From assembly GCA_010909165.1 (NCBI GenBank), contig VJWM01000182.1:248001-312000 (forward strand): a stretch of 64,000 nt of DNA, given 5' to 3'. The first letter of the stretch is position 1. Every line of letters starts with the position of its first letter. This document shows, in pieces, positions 1 to 11,900 of the stretch. The notes beneath the pieces are model-generated. The model saw only the letters and a list, made by a program, of their open reading frames with translations, did no database searches and was not told the origin of the DNA. This stretch comes from Anthoceros angustus (taxonomy: Eukaryota; Plantae; Anthocerotophyta). The position numbers and the translations under genes are program-made.

Positions 1-633
1 GGTGACAGGTGCTGTGTGTGAGCTCTCAGGCAGCTTTCTCCACGATGAAAACCTTCCAAACTCTGGACGGCTGCTGTCTCTTCACGAATGTGGTCAGGAG
101 TAGGTGGTACATATGAATCATACCTTCTGTACCCATGAAGCATCTGTTTCTACCTGCCTATCTTTGTCTGTATTCAAAGGCCCGAAGCATGCCGCGGCCT
201 GCCTTACCAGCATGCGGGTGGCGCCTTGTAACATGATTCCTATGTACAGGGGACTTTTATATTTCACACGTATGGACATCCCTCTGTCCTTAGTTTCGGA
301 CCCAACATGTGCGTGCCAAGTCGCAGTTGCCGACGCGACGTGATGCGATGATTCGGATAGCATCCGGCTTGCATGTCGGGCACGAATCTTTCTTACTGTG
401 TCTTTGCGTCTGCTATAGGCTCGCTATTTTCTGTATGTGCACATCCAGTATTGTCGATGTACCAGGCAGGACAGCAAGCTGGGCTGGTCTGCCTATCTTC
501 AAGATAGCACTAGGCAGCCGAGGATCAACGCTGTGCAGAGCGTGACAGCATCGGCAAGGCGAGTGGCAATTTAGCGTTGCGCAGCCTCTGTCTGAAGCTC
601 CAAAACCTGCCACCATCACACAGCAGGGCCGGC

Positions 634-3005
634 ATGGGGCGAGGCGCTTCAGGTGCTGCTGTGGAACTGGAGCCCGCACCTGTGAAAGTGAAGTACACGC
701 AGCTCTTCATTGACGGAAAGTGGCAGGATGCGGTCTCAGGTGCGGTCCTCGAGCTCCTTGTGCAGCTTGCAGCGAGTGGCGATGGCGGCGGCAGGGGCTC
801 ATTTGCAATGTTTCTCCTTTCAGGCAAGAAATTTGAGACCATCGACCCGCGCTCAGGACAAGTCATCGCTGAGATAGCCGAGGGGGATAAGCAGGACATT
901 GACATCGCTGTGCAGGCGGCCAGGAAGGCCTTCGATCACGGCCCCTGGCCCCGCCTCTCTGGTTATGTCTGTACAATCTTGCCAGCCAGCCTTAAAGTTC
1001 TTGGAATTTGCTGCGTTACGTCGGCGCATCGTCTCTTTGGACCTCGTTCTACCTGACCGGATCTGCACGTGTGCAGCAAAGGGGACGGATTCTCAACAAG
1101 CTAGCCGATCTCATAGAACAGAATGCAAAGGAAATTGCGGCGCTTGAGACTCTCGATAACGGGAAGCCTTATGCAACCCAAGCGCTTGGGGATGTGGCCT
1201 CGGCTGTCAAGATCTTCCGCTACTACGCAGGTGCAGTACTTTGAGGCACGCTTCTTGAACTCGGTGTTGGCTTTGAATGACTTTCGTTTTGTGCTGCTTA
1301 CGAATTGCCAGCTATCGCTCTGCAGGTTGGGCGGATAAGATCAGTGGCCTGACTCTCCGTGCTGATGGCCCTTACCATGCGTACAGTCTACATGAACCGA
1401 TTGGAGTAGTGGGTGCGATCGTTCCTTGGAATTTCCCTGTGGCTCTTTTGGCTACCAAGGCTGCCCCTGCGCTTACTGTAGGCAACACTCTGGTGTTAAA
1501 ACCAGCGGAACTGACTCCGCTAACAGCTTTGTATGTGGCTAGTCTCGCATCTGAGGTGAGTGCGTACATTCGCTGTGGAGGAATTCCACCATTATCTTTC
1601 CTTCCACACGGTCTTCCTTCACAACTTCTGTTCGTCGCGTGCAGGCTGGCTTGCCCGCAGGTGCCTTCAATGTGGTGCCCGGATATGGTCCGACAGCTGG
1701 TGCGGCAATCGCCAGTCATCTCGACGTTGATAAGGTGGGTAGCGCCGACCAACCTGCCCTGGATGGATACACACGTGATTGTGACTTCACTGTTTGTTGA
1801 TTCTCCTGACGTCGTGTATTGTCAGGTCTCGTTTACTGGATCTACGGTAGTGGGAAGGTCTATAATGGAGGCTGCAGCTAAGAGCAATCTGAAGCCGGTG
1901 ACCCTGGAGCTCGGAGGGAAATCACCCTTGATTGTCCTCGACGATGCTGACCTTGATGCTGCAATTGAGATAGCGCATAATGCTCTCTTTTATAATCAGG
2001 TGGGTGAAAGTTACAGATGAGATGTGCTTAGGGTTTTTCCGAGAGCAGGAGGAGGCTCAGGTGTGAGCAGAGAGTTGAGGTCCATATGGGGTTGGGTAGG
2101 GTCAATGCTGCTGCGCAGGTACTCGCACATTCGTCCAGGAGGGTGTGTATGATGAGTTTGTGAAAAGGGCCACAGTGCGTGCATCCAAACGAGTGGTTGG
2201 TGATCCGTTCAAGGCTGGGGTGGACCAAGGGCCTCAGGTGAGATGCCTGCCACAATGGGTCCAACCGTCGGTTAATTTTGACAAGCGGTTTTGTATCATG
2301 GAATAACTTTGTTTGGTGTTGCAGGTTAATGATGTACAGTTTAAGAAGATTTTAAACTATATAGAATCTGGGAAGGAACAAGGAGCTAGACTTGTGTGTG
2401 GTGGCAGCAGGGTTGGCACCACGGGATATTTCATTGAGCCAACGGTTTTTGCAGACGTTCAGGTGCCAGCAAGTGATTGCAAACGTTATTTCCCACTGCT
2501 CTAGTTGTGCTGATCACATGTTTGTTTGCTGGTATTCATATCCTGGCTGAGACTTTGCAGGATGATATGACAATTGCAAAGGAAGAGATCTTCGGGCCAG
2601 TCATGTCAATCATCAAGTTCAAGTAATGGTGCATTTATCTGTGTTCCGAACCTGCTGAGCACTCCAGGCCAGTGGCATGGAGATTCAGAAAGGACAGGAA
2701 GTGTTCTCATATGCTTGTGGTGTGCACGCAGGACGGTGGAGGAGGTGATTCAGAGAGCGAATAAGACGACATATGGTCTGGCTGCCGGCATCCTAACGAA
2801 GAATTTGGACACAGCGAATACTTTGTCCAGGGCGATAAGAGCTGGAACCATTTGGCTCAACTGCTACCTCGCGATTGATCGGAACATTCCATTCGGTGGA
2901 TACAAGGAAAGTGGGTTTGGCCGCGAGTATGGACCGTATGGCATTGAACCTTACATTCAGGTGAAGGCAGTGGTATCATCCATCAAGAATCCTGCTTGGC
3001 TGTAA
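634..3005 (+). CDS. ALDH2: Aldehyde dehydrogenase family 2, multi-exon, probably cytosolic; catalytic residues intact
   Basis: Spliced exons give [51 protein letters not shown] (catalytic Glu), FYNQ|[14 protein letters not shown] (catalytic Cys), [19 protein letters not shown]; stop TAA 3003-3005; GT-AG introns. Confidence 0.95.
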
Positions 3006-3566
3006 TCTGGAGAGGCGCGGGATGTATGAGCTGGGATAATGTTTACTTTCCACCAATGAACAGTAAGTGTAATAGTTGTAACGAATGCCTAGGTGGGTCA
3101 GCTCTACGACAGAGTGAATGCTTCACTCATGAAGGTTCTGTGTATTGTTGGATGCTATTGAATTTAATCATATATATGTTCAATATTGGAAAATTCAAGG
3201 AAAGCAGTAAGATTTGAAGTCGTGAGTAGGTACTAGGTACTGTATGCATTTGTTTGAGACAGCTGCCTGAAATCTCCTTTGTCAGTCGTAATTTGTGACG
3301 AATGTTGTGTGCACGAGCGTGTTTCAGTCGGACACGGTTTTGTCACTTTGCTGCTGGTCATGTTTGGAGGCCGACTGGAAGAATGCCGTCGGGACGGATT
3401 TGCATCTGCAGCTAATGAAAACGCTGGGCCTAGGAAGACGAGTCTCCGCAGAGGAGACCAAGCGGATGTGGCCCATGTCGAAGGCATTTGGAGCTTTGGA
3501 GCCCGGTGTAAAGAATAAGACTAAACGAGGAGTGCAACATCTGCCAAGGCCTGCTACAACCATCTT

Positions 3567-6399
3567 TCAAAGCCATGTCGGTTTCTCCAGAGGCACTACC
3601 ACGGCTTTTACTTGCAGGTACTGTTGGATGCCATACAAGCCATGCTCTCTTCCTAAGCCACTTTGTTTATAACCTCCGAAAGGCACATTACAGTCCACAA
3701 TGTCGTAGCAGTTCACCCAAATTATGCCCGCCTTGATAGCTCGGGAGAGCGTCATCGCGGTCTCCAGGTCCTTCGTGAAGATTCCCGCAGCCAGCCCATA
3801 TCTTGTGTTGTTAGCTCGACGAATCACCTCATCAATCGTCCTGTCCAGTGAAAGCAACCGCAATATTTATGGCTCAAACAATGAACCTGTAATCCCGTCA
3901 GAATCAGGATATCTACAGAAGTAGGATACAAGAACTCACCGGAACTTCAAAACCGACATAACAGGACCAAAAATTTCCTCCTTCGCTATGCTCATCCAAT
4001 CCTGCAAACAGCGTGCGTTACCACAAAGTAGTGAACGTACAGGCACCTGTTTTGCAAAAGCAAGCTGTTTCTGTTGCCATTACCTCAACGTCTGCAAATA
4101 TGGTTGGCTCTATGAAGTACCCTTCACTCCCAAATTGGCTTCCTCCTGTCAGCAACCTTGCTCCATCCCGCTTTCCTTGATAGATGTAGCTCATCACTCT
4201 ATCGAAATGCACCTCATCGACCTAAGCCAAGTAGCCAAGTATTAAGATAGTACACGCTGCACACGACTTCAGTGACCATTTTGATATGGTAACCTTCCAA
4301 TACATCCATGTCGAAGGCTGTGTACATCTACCTGCGGACCTTGTTCCACTCCTGACTTCAAAGGATCGCCCACGACACGTTGCAACGCTCTCTTTTTTGA
4401 CCGTCTGAGGAACTCATCGTACACACCCTCCTGCACAAATGTCCGAGAACCTGCAAAGTAGACTTGTCCCTGCAGCCAGCATTGACCTGTGAGTAACGAG
4501 ATCAAGCCTGAGGAGCCTGAGTTGGAATACGATTATTTTAGGGAAGCAAACAATGACATTGGCTACCCCTGATTCTACAGGCTGCCACTTTGAGAGTCTG
4601 CCATCACTACACAAGCCCCGACAGAACTAAGGCATAGTTGCAAGCAATGCAATGCACCTGATTGAAGAAGAGAGCAAAGTGGGCAAGCTCCACAGCCATA
4701 TCCAGGTCAGCGTCGTTACAAATGATCAAGGGAGACTTCCCACCCAGCTCCAACGTGACGGGCTTGAGATTGCTGTCGGCAGCAGCTCTCAGAATAGCAC
4801 GTCCCACCTCTGTCGAACCTGTAAACGACACCTGATATGATCCCACTGGAGGACATTAGAGATGTGTTACCCTCTAAGCACTACATCGCAGCTGCAGCCG
4901 TGGTGACGGAATACTCAGTCCGCTACCTTGTCAATACCCATATGACTTGCCACAGCAGCACCGGCAGTAGTCCCATACCCAGGAACCACGTTCAGCACAC
5001 CAGGTGGTACACCTGCCTGTCAGTGAGGATTGATGTAGGAACAGATCAAGTGAGGAGCCGGACTACCCACATCAATATTTTCAGAAGCTTCGATGCCTGC
5101 ACTGTTTCTATCTAGTAGTACTTGAGCTCATTAGATCTTGGAATCCAGCACTCTCAAGACGACACAGGCAACGTTAACAGACGTACTTACATCTAGTGCA
5201 AGCTTAGCAGCAAGGAGTGCTGTCAAGGGTGTTTGTTCAGCTGGTTTCAAAACTATCGTGCACCCGCAGACCAGGGCAGGGCACACCTTGGTGACAAAAA
5301 TGGTCAATGGGAAGTTCCATGACAGTATCTGACCCACCACACCAATGGGCTCGTGATGAGTGTATGCGAAATACGGCCCGTCCACGTTCAACGTCTTCCC
5401 ATCCAGTTTGTCAGCCCAGCCTGACACTCCAAAGTGTCTATGTAGTCAAAGATGAGCAGTTTGTGAATTGTGAGAGGGATGTGCCTGTTCTATCTACCTG
5501 CATAGTAGCGGACAAACTTTATCACCGTAGGCATTTCAAGGAACATTGTGTTGTCGATAGGCTTTCCCGCATCAAGAGCCTCCAGAATCGCCAGTTCGCC
5601 TGAGTGCTTTTCAAGGAGATCAGCGAATTTATGCAAAATCCGCGCTCTATCCTGCCAAGATCGCCATTCGGAGAAAAGCCTTGGAATTATCACATCCTAC
5701 ATGTCCTTGGACGCTGAGCACGCTGAGCACGCTGGCAAGGTGCAAGACAATCCCAATCCCATGCCCTTACCGCCCCGCTCATTCGTGGCCACGGGCCGCT
5801 ATCAAAGGCCCTGCGAGCGGCTTTCACTGCCAGATCGACATCCGCTTTGTCAGCCTCTGCGACACGGGCAATAACGTCTCCTGACCGGGGATCAATGGAA
5901 GAGAATTGCCTTCCTGCAACAGAAAGCATACAAAGACAATCGATCCATCACGACTCAAGCCACTGCTTGAAACAATGGAATTCGCCACAAGAAACCACGT
6001 GATGCTCATTTCGTAGGCTGCTTCGCTACCTGAAACCGCATTCACAAACTTCCCGTCTATGAGGATCTGCGAATACTTCACTGCCACAGGCGGCGGCTCA
6101 AGATCGTTGAGATCCACAGCCTGTAGCTCACTTGCACCTCCAGGATCTGCATCCAGGTTGCAAGGGTCTGAGACGTGTTCCTCTGGTTCACATGTTTCAA
6201 AGCACAAACTGCTGGCTACCTTGGTACAGAACCAGGCCGTGGAGCAATTTACTGGGCTGCATTGCTTCTGCTGTGGAGAGTCGGGAGCAGGGAAGTGGAT
6301 CAACAGCGGCCACGGGTTCCATTTATGTACCGAGCAGACACACCGGCCGCCCACCTCGTTTGCGTCAAGGCCGGCGAGTGACAAGACTGAGACGGACAT
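3567..6399 (-). CDS. ALDH2: ALDH2 paralog, convergent with the first copy; catalytic Cys replaced by Tyr; start codon uncertain
   Basis: Exons give [55 protein letters not shown]|[27 protein letters not shown], ending KPTWL*. Intron positions parallel the first copy. The first upstream in-frame ATG is at 6397-6399. Confidence 0.9.
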
Positions 6400-6573
6400 G
6401 GTTTGCTGGGCTTTGTGGGTTCAAACCAGGGAAGAAGAGGTTGGCTCCCGAGTTACGGCTCCAGGCTCCAGGGCTGGGCGCGATGCTGCGGAGGCGGAGA
6501 GGATGGCCCGGCAGCGCGTGAAATTCAAAATGTGGGCTTGATGCCTGCCGGCCGGGAAGGCACGAATCTGGCG

Positions 6574-8300
6574 ATGGCGGATCCGCGGATGCTTCGCCAC
6601 CGCGTCCTGGAGCAGAGGGTGGCGGACACGCTGGCCGGAACTCCTCCTTCTTTCCCCCAAGCTTGCCCCGAGGTACTGCTTCAGCCGCACACAACATTTT
6701 CAGGCTTTGGATCCGCTGGCCGACCGTGGTTGCGGGATCATCCAGGAAAGCGTGCATGGAACCTACGTTCTCACCTCGACCCAACAGGAAGCCATGGTGA
6801 AGCAGGCCCGGGAGAAGATGCGCAGGGCAAGATTGGTTCAGGTCTTAGCGTTTGCCCTATGACTGCCTGAATGCGCTGCCACAGAGCTGACGGGGTGTCT
6901 CATCGGCGGCAGGTCAGGGCTCAGGAGATGCTGCTGGCAGCGCAGCGGGTTCAACGCTTTCGAGATCACCGGCGTGCCGCCAAACAGCAATTGCTGCGGC
7001 AGCTTGAGGCATGCTGCTCTAGACACTCTTTGAGGGCTTCTGTTTTGGCTGTTGGAAGATGCTGAACTGGTGTCCTTGGGCAGGCGGAATGGCGGGCTGA
7101 TCGGAGGCGGAGGCTGGAAGATCTTGAGCTTGAATGTGCCACTGCACTGCAAAGCATCGGGCATGCGCACAAGGCTGCGGCACAAGTGGAGCGTTTCAAG
7201 GTCACCCACAATTTTTCAGCTTCTGCTGGTGGGTGCCAGTCTGGGAAGATGATGCTTTACAGACGTGGGTGTCTTGGTGTGCTCGTTTTCCTTAGCAGGA
7301 GATGAAGGAGGCGACTGAAGCGTTGCAGAACGAGGAGAGGCGATGCTGTGCGGCGCTGAGATATGCGGACGCGCTTCAGAAGGTATGTGTAACCCAGGCA
7401 GTCCCCCTCCTTGTTTTCCTGTCTCACCACAGTAGCTACCGTAGTCCGCAACTATCACCATGCATGTCTCTAAAGGAAATTGCAAAACGAGAGGAAATGC
7501 AAAGTAAGATAAGAAGGGCGTCAGAACGAAGGAAGCAAGTAGAGAACACTGCAGAAATGGACAGAAATCTGGCAAGAGTATCAGCTTATGGTGTGAAGAT
7601 AAAATCCAAACTCAGACAAATCAAGGAAGTCTTCCTACCTGGTACATGCAGCGTCGACTTAACTGGATATAGGACCATTTCAGTCAAGCTCATCAACCTC
7701 GTTCACTGAGATGTAACCCTCTTGCATACGCTTTGGCTGTATGCGCAGAATGCAAGCCCGATTGTGAAATCTCCAAGTTAGGGGACTATAAGTACACATT
7801 CATGCATACCCACTGGGCTGCTTTGAAGGATAGAACAAATGCTAAGGAGCCAGATACGAATGCCTGGGAAGCTGCTGAGAGACGAAGGTCAGATCACGAG
7901 CGTGTAAGGATAAGACACGCGCAGATAATGAACGTTGCCAAGAAGCGGATCTCTCAAAGAGGACATGCAGCTGAGGCTCACCTCGCCAAAGAAAAGGTGT
8001 CCTTCTTCCCGAGCATGCTGGTTTCAGTCCCGTTCTGAACTCTCTGTAGAGGGGCCATACATTCTGACACGCTGTCCTTCAAGGAAGTACGACGTTTGGA
8101 GCGCCAGCTGAAGAATGCAGAGAAGGAGGAGAGGGAACGAAAGGTGGCAGCTATGTTGTCTGGCGATGAAGGTCTTCCGAATGGTATACCAGTTACTTCT
8201 TTTGTACTCTTGTCAAACAAGTCTCCAATATGTCTGTGGTACAGAGCCCATGAAAGGGAACCTTGCAAGCATGACAACTTGGGACCAGTATCGTGGATGA
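6574..8300 (+). CDS. Multi-exon coiled-coil protein of unknown function
   Basis: GT-AG-bounded exons read ALDPLADRGCGIIQESVHGTYVLTSTQQEAMVKQAREKMRRARLVQ, EATEALQNEERRCCAALRYADALQK, KREEMQSKIRRASERRKQVE, AWEAAERRRSDHERVRIRH, RRLERQLKNAEKEERERKVAAM; a phase-1 splice leads to EPMKGNLASMTTWDQYRG*. No family recognised; start may be 6541 or 6574. Confidence 0.65.
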
Positions 8301-8930
8301 TTCCCTTTGGTCCGCCCCCATCAATGGATGATAGTATCTTGAGTCAGCGATTTGACCCATGTACACATAGTCCGGGTTGATGGAAGGTCTCTGTTCTCGA
8401 CAACTCTTTTTGGGAGGATTTCTGCAGGTGCCATATGCTGTTATTTAGAAGATCAGTTTGTTGCAAAGAGAAAGAGCTCTAAGAACAAAGGACTAAGGAA
8501 GAGAGAACCTGCTTTGTCTTGTTGGGGTGGCCGTTTACATTAGTGCCTGGTTTGAGCATCGTCAAAGAATGAGACTGTGAGAATACAGCAAAATGTAAAT
8601 GCCCTAAACCCTGTCTACCTTGCAGTCTTGTGTGCTCTTAGGTGGTAGGTAACGGTCCTGTCTTGATAGGAAAGGGGAGAGATCCACACTTAGTGCCTGG
8701 TAACTTTGAGACACTTCTGCAAAATCTGTGCTCTTGACTGTGTCCGCCTTGCAGTCTATGCGCGTCGAGTTAAAGCAGTAAGAAAACTCCTTACATTAGA
8801 TATTGCGGCCCCGTATGCGTTCACCATATTGAGGTCTCATTGCGTAGAGTCTAGATTGCTATTCCAAACATTGTTGCCTGGTTGGTCTGATTAGACAGTT
8901 GCTCTCTTAACAGATGACAAAGGTGGTGCT

Positions 8931-11900
8931 GTGAACATACCGGGCTCCCCTTCCAAGGGAGCTGCAGCTGAACCTCCTCGATGCGTAGATCAATCCTTGA
9001 TGGAAGGCAGGAGTGACTCCGGTGCCATTGTTGAGTCACAACAAGCAAAATTGGGTTCTCCCACAAAGATACTTGTGAAGTCAGGTCCACATTCTTCAAC
9101 CATCACTTTTACAGTTGATGTGAAGGGTGGCGATGTTGTTGATGAGAGCCATGCAGACTCGAATAGAGGTTCAACACCTGTGGAAGTCTTGGCTGGTTCA
9201 GGATCGTTCTCAGGCGATCAGACAGGGAATTGTGAACCTGTAGTCTGCAACAAGGCCAAAAGGTCTGTAGTACAGAGGAGGTTACGTACGGCGCCACTTA
9301 AAACTGCAAAGGTTGTTGCCTTTGGAACCAAAGTTTCACCAAGGTGCAGACTCAGTTCAAAGGTTGGTTGTGACCCCTCGAAGTCAGTGGTGGCAAGATC
9401 AGTTCACACAAGAGATCATCAGAAGGAAGGCGACGGGTTGGCCACAAGAAGAGTGACAGATAAGCAGAGGAGGCCAGTGAAAGATGAAAAGCAGACGCGT
9501 GCATATGATTTGGCTTCCAAGAATAAAGGGTCAAAGAAGACGAAGTGTAGAAAATGCGCTGGGTGTGCAAATGCCATGGAAGATACGGAACGGGCCAATG
9601 ACAGCAAAGGGAAAAAGTGCTATGCCGTCCAGAGGAAGAGAAATGGGTTGCGCTTGTGCAGATCTGCAGCTCCTGAATCTGACGGAACGCTTGGTTCAGC
9701 TGTGTCCCTATTAGGTGAAATTTGGGGTACTGCTGAATTTCTAGACAGGCTTCGGGAAGCGAAAATAAAGAGCAGTGAGCTAGAGAAGTTGCCCTCCTCC
9801 TTGAAAGTCAGAGCTCAGAAGCAGTTAGAAGCTCTCGAAGCTGAGCTGTACGGAGAGCAGCAAGGCAGGCACGGGCAGAGGAGGGAAGAAGCTGTGAGGG
9901 AAAGCCACAGGCAAAGAACCCTCGTGGACCACAAAGAAACAGAACTTCCGCCTGCTATTCCGACGGACTGCAGGCTCGTCGAAGAAAGGAGAAAGAAAGA
10001 GCTAGAGATGCACAAGAGCCGTATGGACAAGAGAAACATGATGGACCATGTTGGTCAGAACTTGTGGAACGTACTACGAAGGGGAGAGCATGGTGCCGCC
10101 TCTGAGGTTGGTACAGTGAAATCTGCTCACCAGCAGAAAACTAGGAAAACAGCTCGACCAAGCTCGAAAGAAGAAGAGACAACGAAGGTGAGAAGCACGA
10201 AGCTGGATGAAGCTGGCAGGTCACCAACACGGGCAGTGAAGGAAAAGTCCCTCTTCTCTAAGCAAATTGAAGATATTGATTTCCTTAAACAGCTGCAAGC
10301 GTCTCTACAGAAGCTGAAGGAACCTACCAAAAGACATGGAGGCGACCATGCATTTGTCAATAAGGTCTCCAGGAACTATGAAGTCCTGATGAAAGGGGAT
10401 AAAGTTGCACGGAAGGGAAGTGCTGCTAGTCAAAGAGCCAGAAGAAATGCAGCCGCAAGTGAAAGGAGTTGCCGGATCTGTCCCAGGCCTTCTCAAACGA
10501 GTGAATCGGGAGATGGTGTGGTTTTTCCTGACACAAGGAATAATCAAAACTCTGTTACCGACCTCGGTCCGTGGAATATCGAGAAGGACCCGATGAGGAT
10601 CGAGGCCTATGAGGAAGCAAAGGGCAGACACGCTGGCGTACATGAAGAGAGGCGTCCGCAACGTACAACTGGTGCCAGAAATCCTCAGACAGGTCGAAAA
10701 ATGTGGAGTAACAAGGGGAGGCAAGTCCAGTCAAGTGGGAAGCTCGGGAGGAATATACAGAGCGGCCAACGACGCGCCCACAATGTTGAAGGAACACGTC
10801 GAAGGATAGAAAGCGTGAGTTCCGACATCTTCAGTGAGGAGGAGCTGTGTTGGCCCGAGCAGCTGGGTGGAGAAGGACAAAGGCAGGTCCCAAGTGAGAC
10901 CAATTCTTTCCACATGATGCAGCACACGAGCTCCTCCAACGAAATGAATGATATCGATTTGGCATTAAGAAGGGCGCTTAACCTGCATCCAGTAAGAGAC
11001 GCAGTGCCCTTGGAGCAGTTTGTGCATTCTAGCCAGGAAGCAAAGGGGAGGAAAGCTTGCGACGAGGCGAGAGGGAAACAATCCGTCGCAATTCAGGTAG
11101 ATGGTCCAGATCTGGACTGGCCAAGTGGCAGTGACAGGCAGCAAGAGGAAGGATCCGGAGGCAAGGGGGAGAAACATTTCCTCTCCACTGCAGTTCAGGT
11201 AGATAGCCCAGATCTGGACTGGGCAAGTGCCAAGGGCAGGGAACAGGGAGAGGGATCCAGGGGCAGCCAAACTGACATATCCAGGGAAAATGCAGCCGTA
11301 GAACCACTACTCCTCACGGCTCCACAGTTCCCCAGACGATCTGGCTCGAGTTGGGAAAGAATCTGGGAGGAGGTTTGCGAGAGTATAGACGGTGAGCTGG
11401 AGCGTTTAGCTGGAGCAGACTCGTTAAAGGCACTCGAGGAGGTGCAAAGCTCATCCGGCTTCTCGTCAGTCAGACTCCTGAAGCAGATTCGGGAGCAGGC
11501 GGAGCATTTTCCCACACTGCATCTGACATCCGGTGACATGGCTGAAGGGGCCAGGCATTCCCATTGCCCTTCGAGGGGCCTGAGTGGAAGAAGAGCAAAC
11601 CCGTCTACTTACGAAACAGATGCACCTTCCATGGACTCCGTTCTTGGCTCTTTGTCTGAGCAGGTGAAAGAGTTGGACGAGAGACTGTTCACAGCTACTT
11701 CTTCAGCTGCCGCATCGTCGTCCTGGGTACTGAGCGAAAGTTCCCGACGATCAAGATTGTCAAGAGAGGACTTTGTGGACACCCAACTTGAGGGCAGCGC
11801 TCTTGGGAAGCGAGAAGATACATCCCAACAGCACGAATCATTGGCATCCATGTTGGAAGATTGCAGCACGGTGGTACCCAGGGTGCAAGTAAGGCGAACC

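Noticed and set aside
1-363. Possible minus-strand exon ending ..ETDASWVQK|GTATGA of a gene leaving the window
   Set aside because: One good donor site but no recognisable product, and the downstream frames are ambiguous.
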